In this document: positions 63,946 through 64,000 of the stretch, piece by piece
How positions within the stretch are numbered: position 1 is the first letter of the stretch
Layout of the letters: each line of letters starts with the position of its first letter
NCBI RefSeq assembly: GCF_006345805.1
Contig: NC_043012.1
Coordinates: forward strand, 9,548,001 to 9,612,000
DNA: 64,000 bases
Source: Octopus sinensis
Taxonomy: Eukaryota
Reading direction: 5' to 3'
Position numbers and translations under genes: made by a program
Notes under the pieces: generated by a model
The model's input: the letters and a program-made list of their open reading frames with translations, nothing else
Told to the model about the DNA's origin: nothing
Databases searched by the model: none

Positions 63946-64000
63946 ATATTACTATTCCGATTCGTGTTCGGAAATGTATTATTGTTGCAACTACTTTACT

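Overview
AT-rich, repeat-saturated eukaryotic non-coding DNA (intergenic or deep intronic). The interspersed repeats resemble families I recall from Octopus genomes; this assignment is from memory, not from a search. I found no intact host protein-coding gene, rRNA, genuine tRNA or CRISPR array. Nearly all ORF-track entries are translations of (TA)n, (CA)n, (TATC)n, (TATG)n or (TAA)n microsatellites or of SINEs. The only ORFs with recognisable domains are transposon relics: R4/Dong-like RLE retrotransposons, CR1, Tx1/L1, RTE and Penelope-like fragments, and three Tc1/mariner lineages. Most notable: (1) a tRNA-headed SINE carrying a Penelope-type minimal hammerhead ribozyme, present as a head-to-head dimer inside one 10-bp direct repeat (58736-59430); (2) a (TAA)n-associated set of Dong/R4 fragments plus a non-coding ~555-bp element with a fixed 3' end and the same polarity; (3) a four-fold stuttered 5' junction on one Dong copy; (4) a SINE multimer with the same junction at loci 28 kb apart; (5) modular SINE head/tail combinations; (6) several long fold-back elements. 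SINE boundaries are approximate, read by eye.
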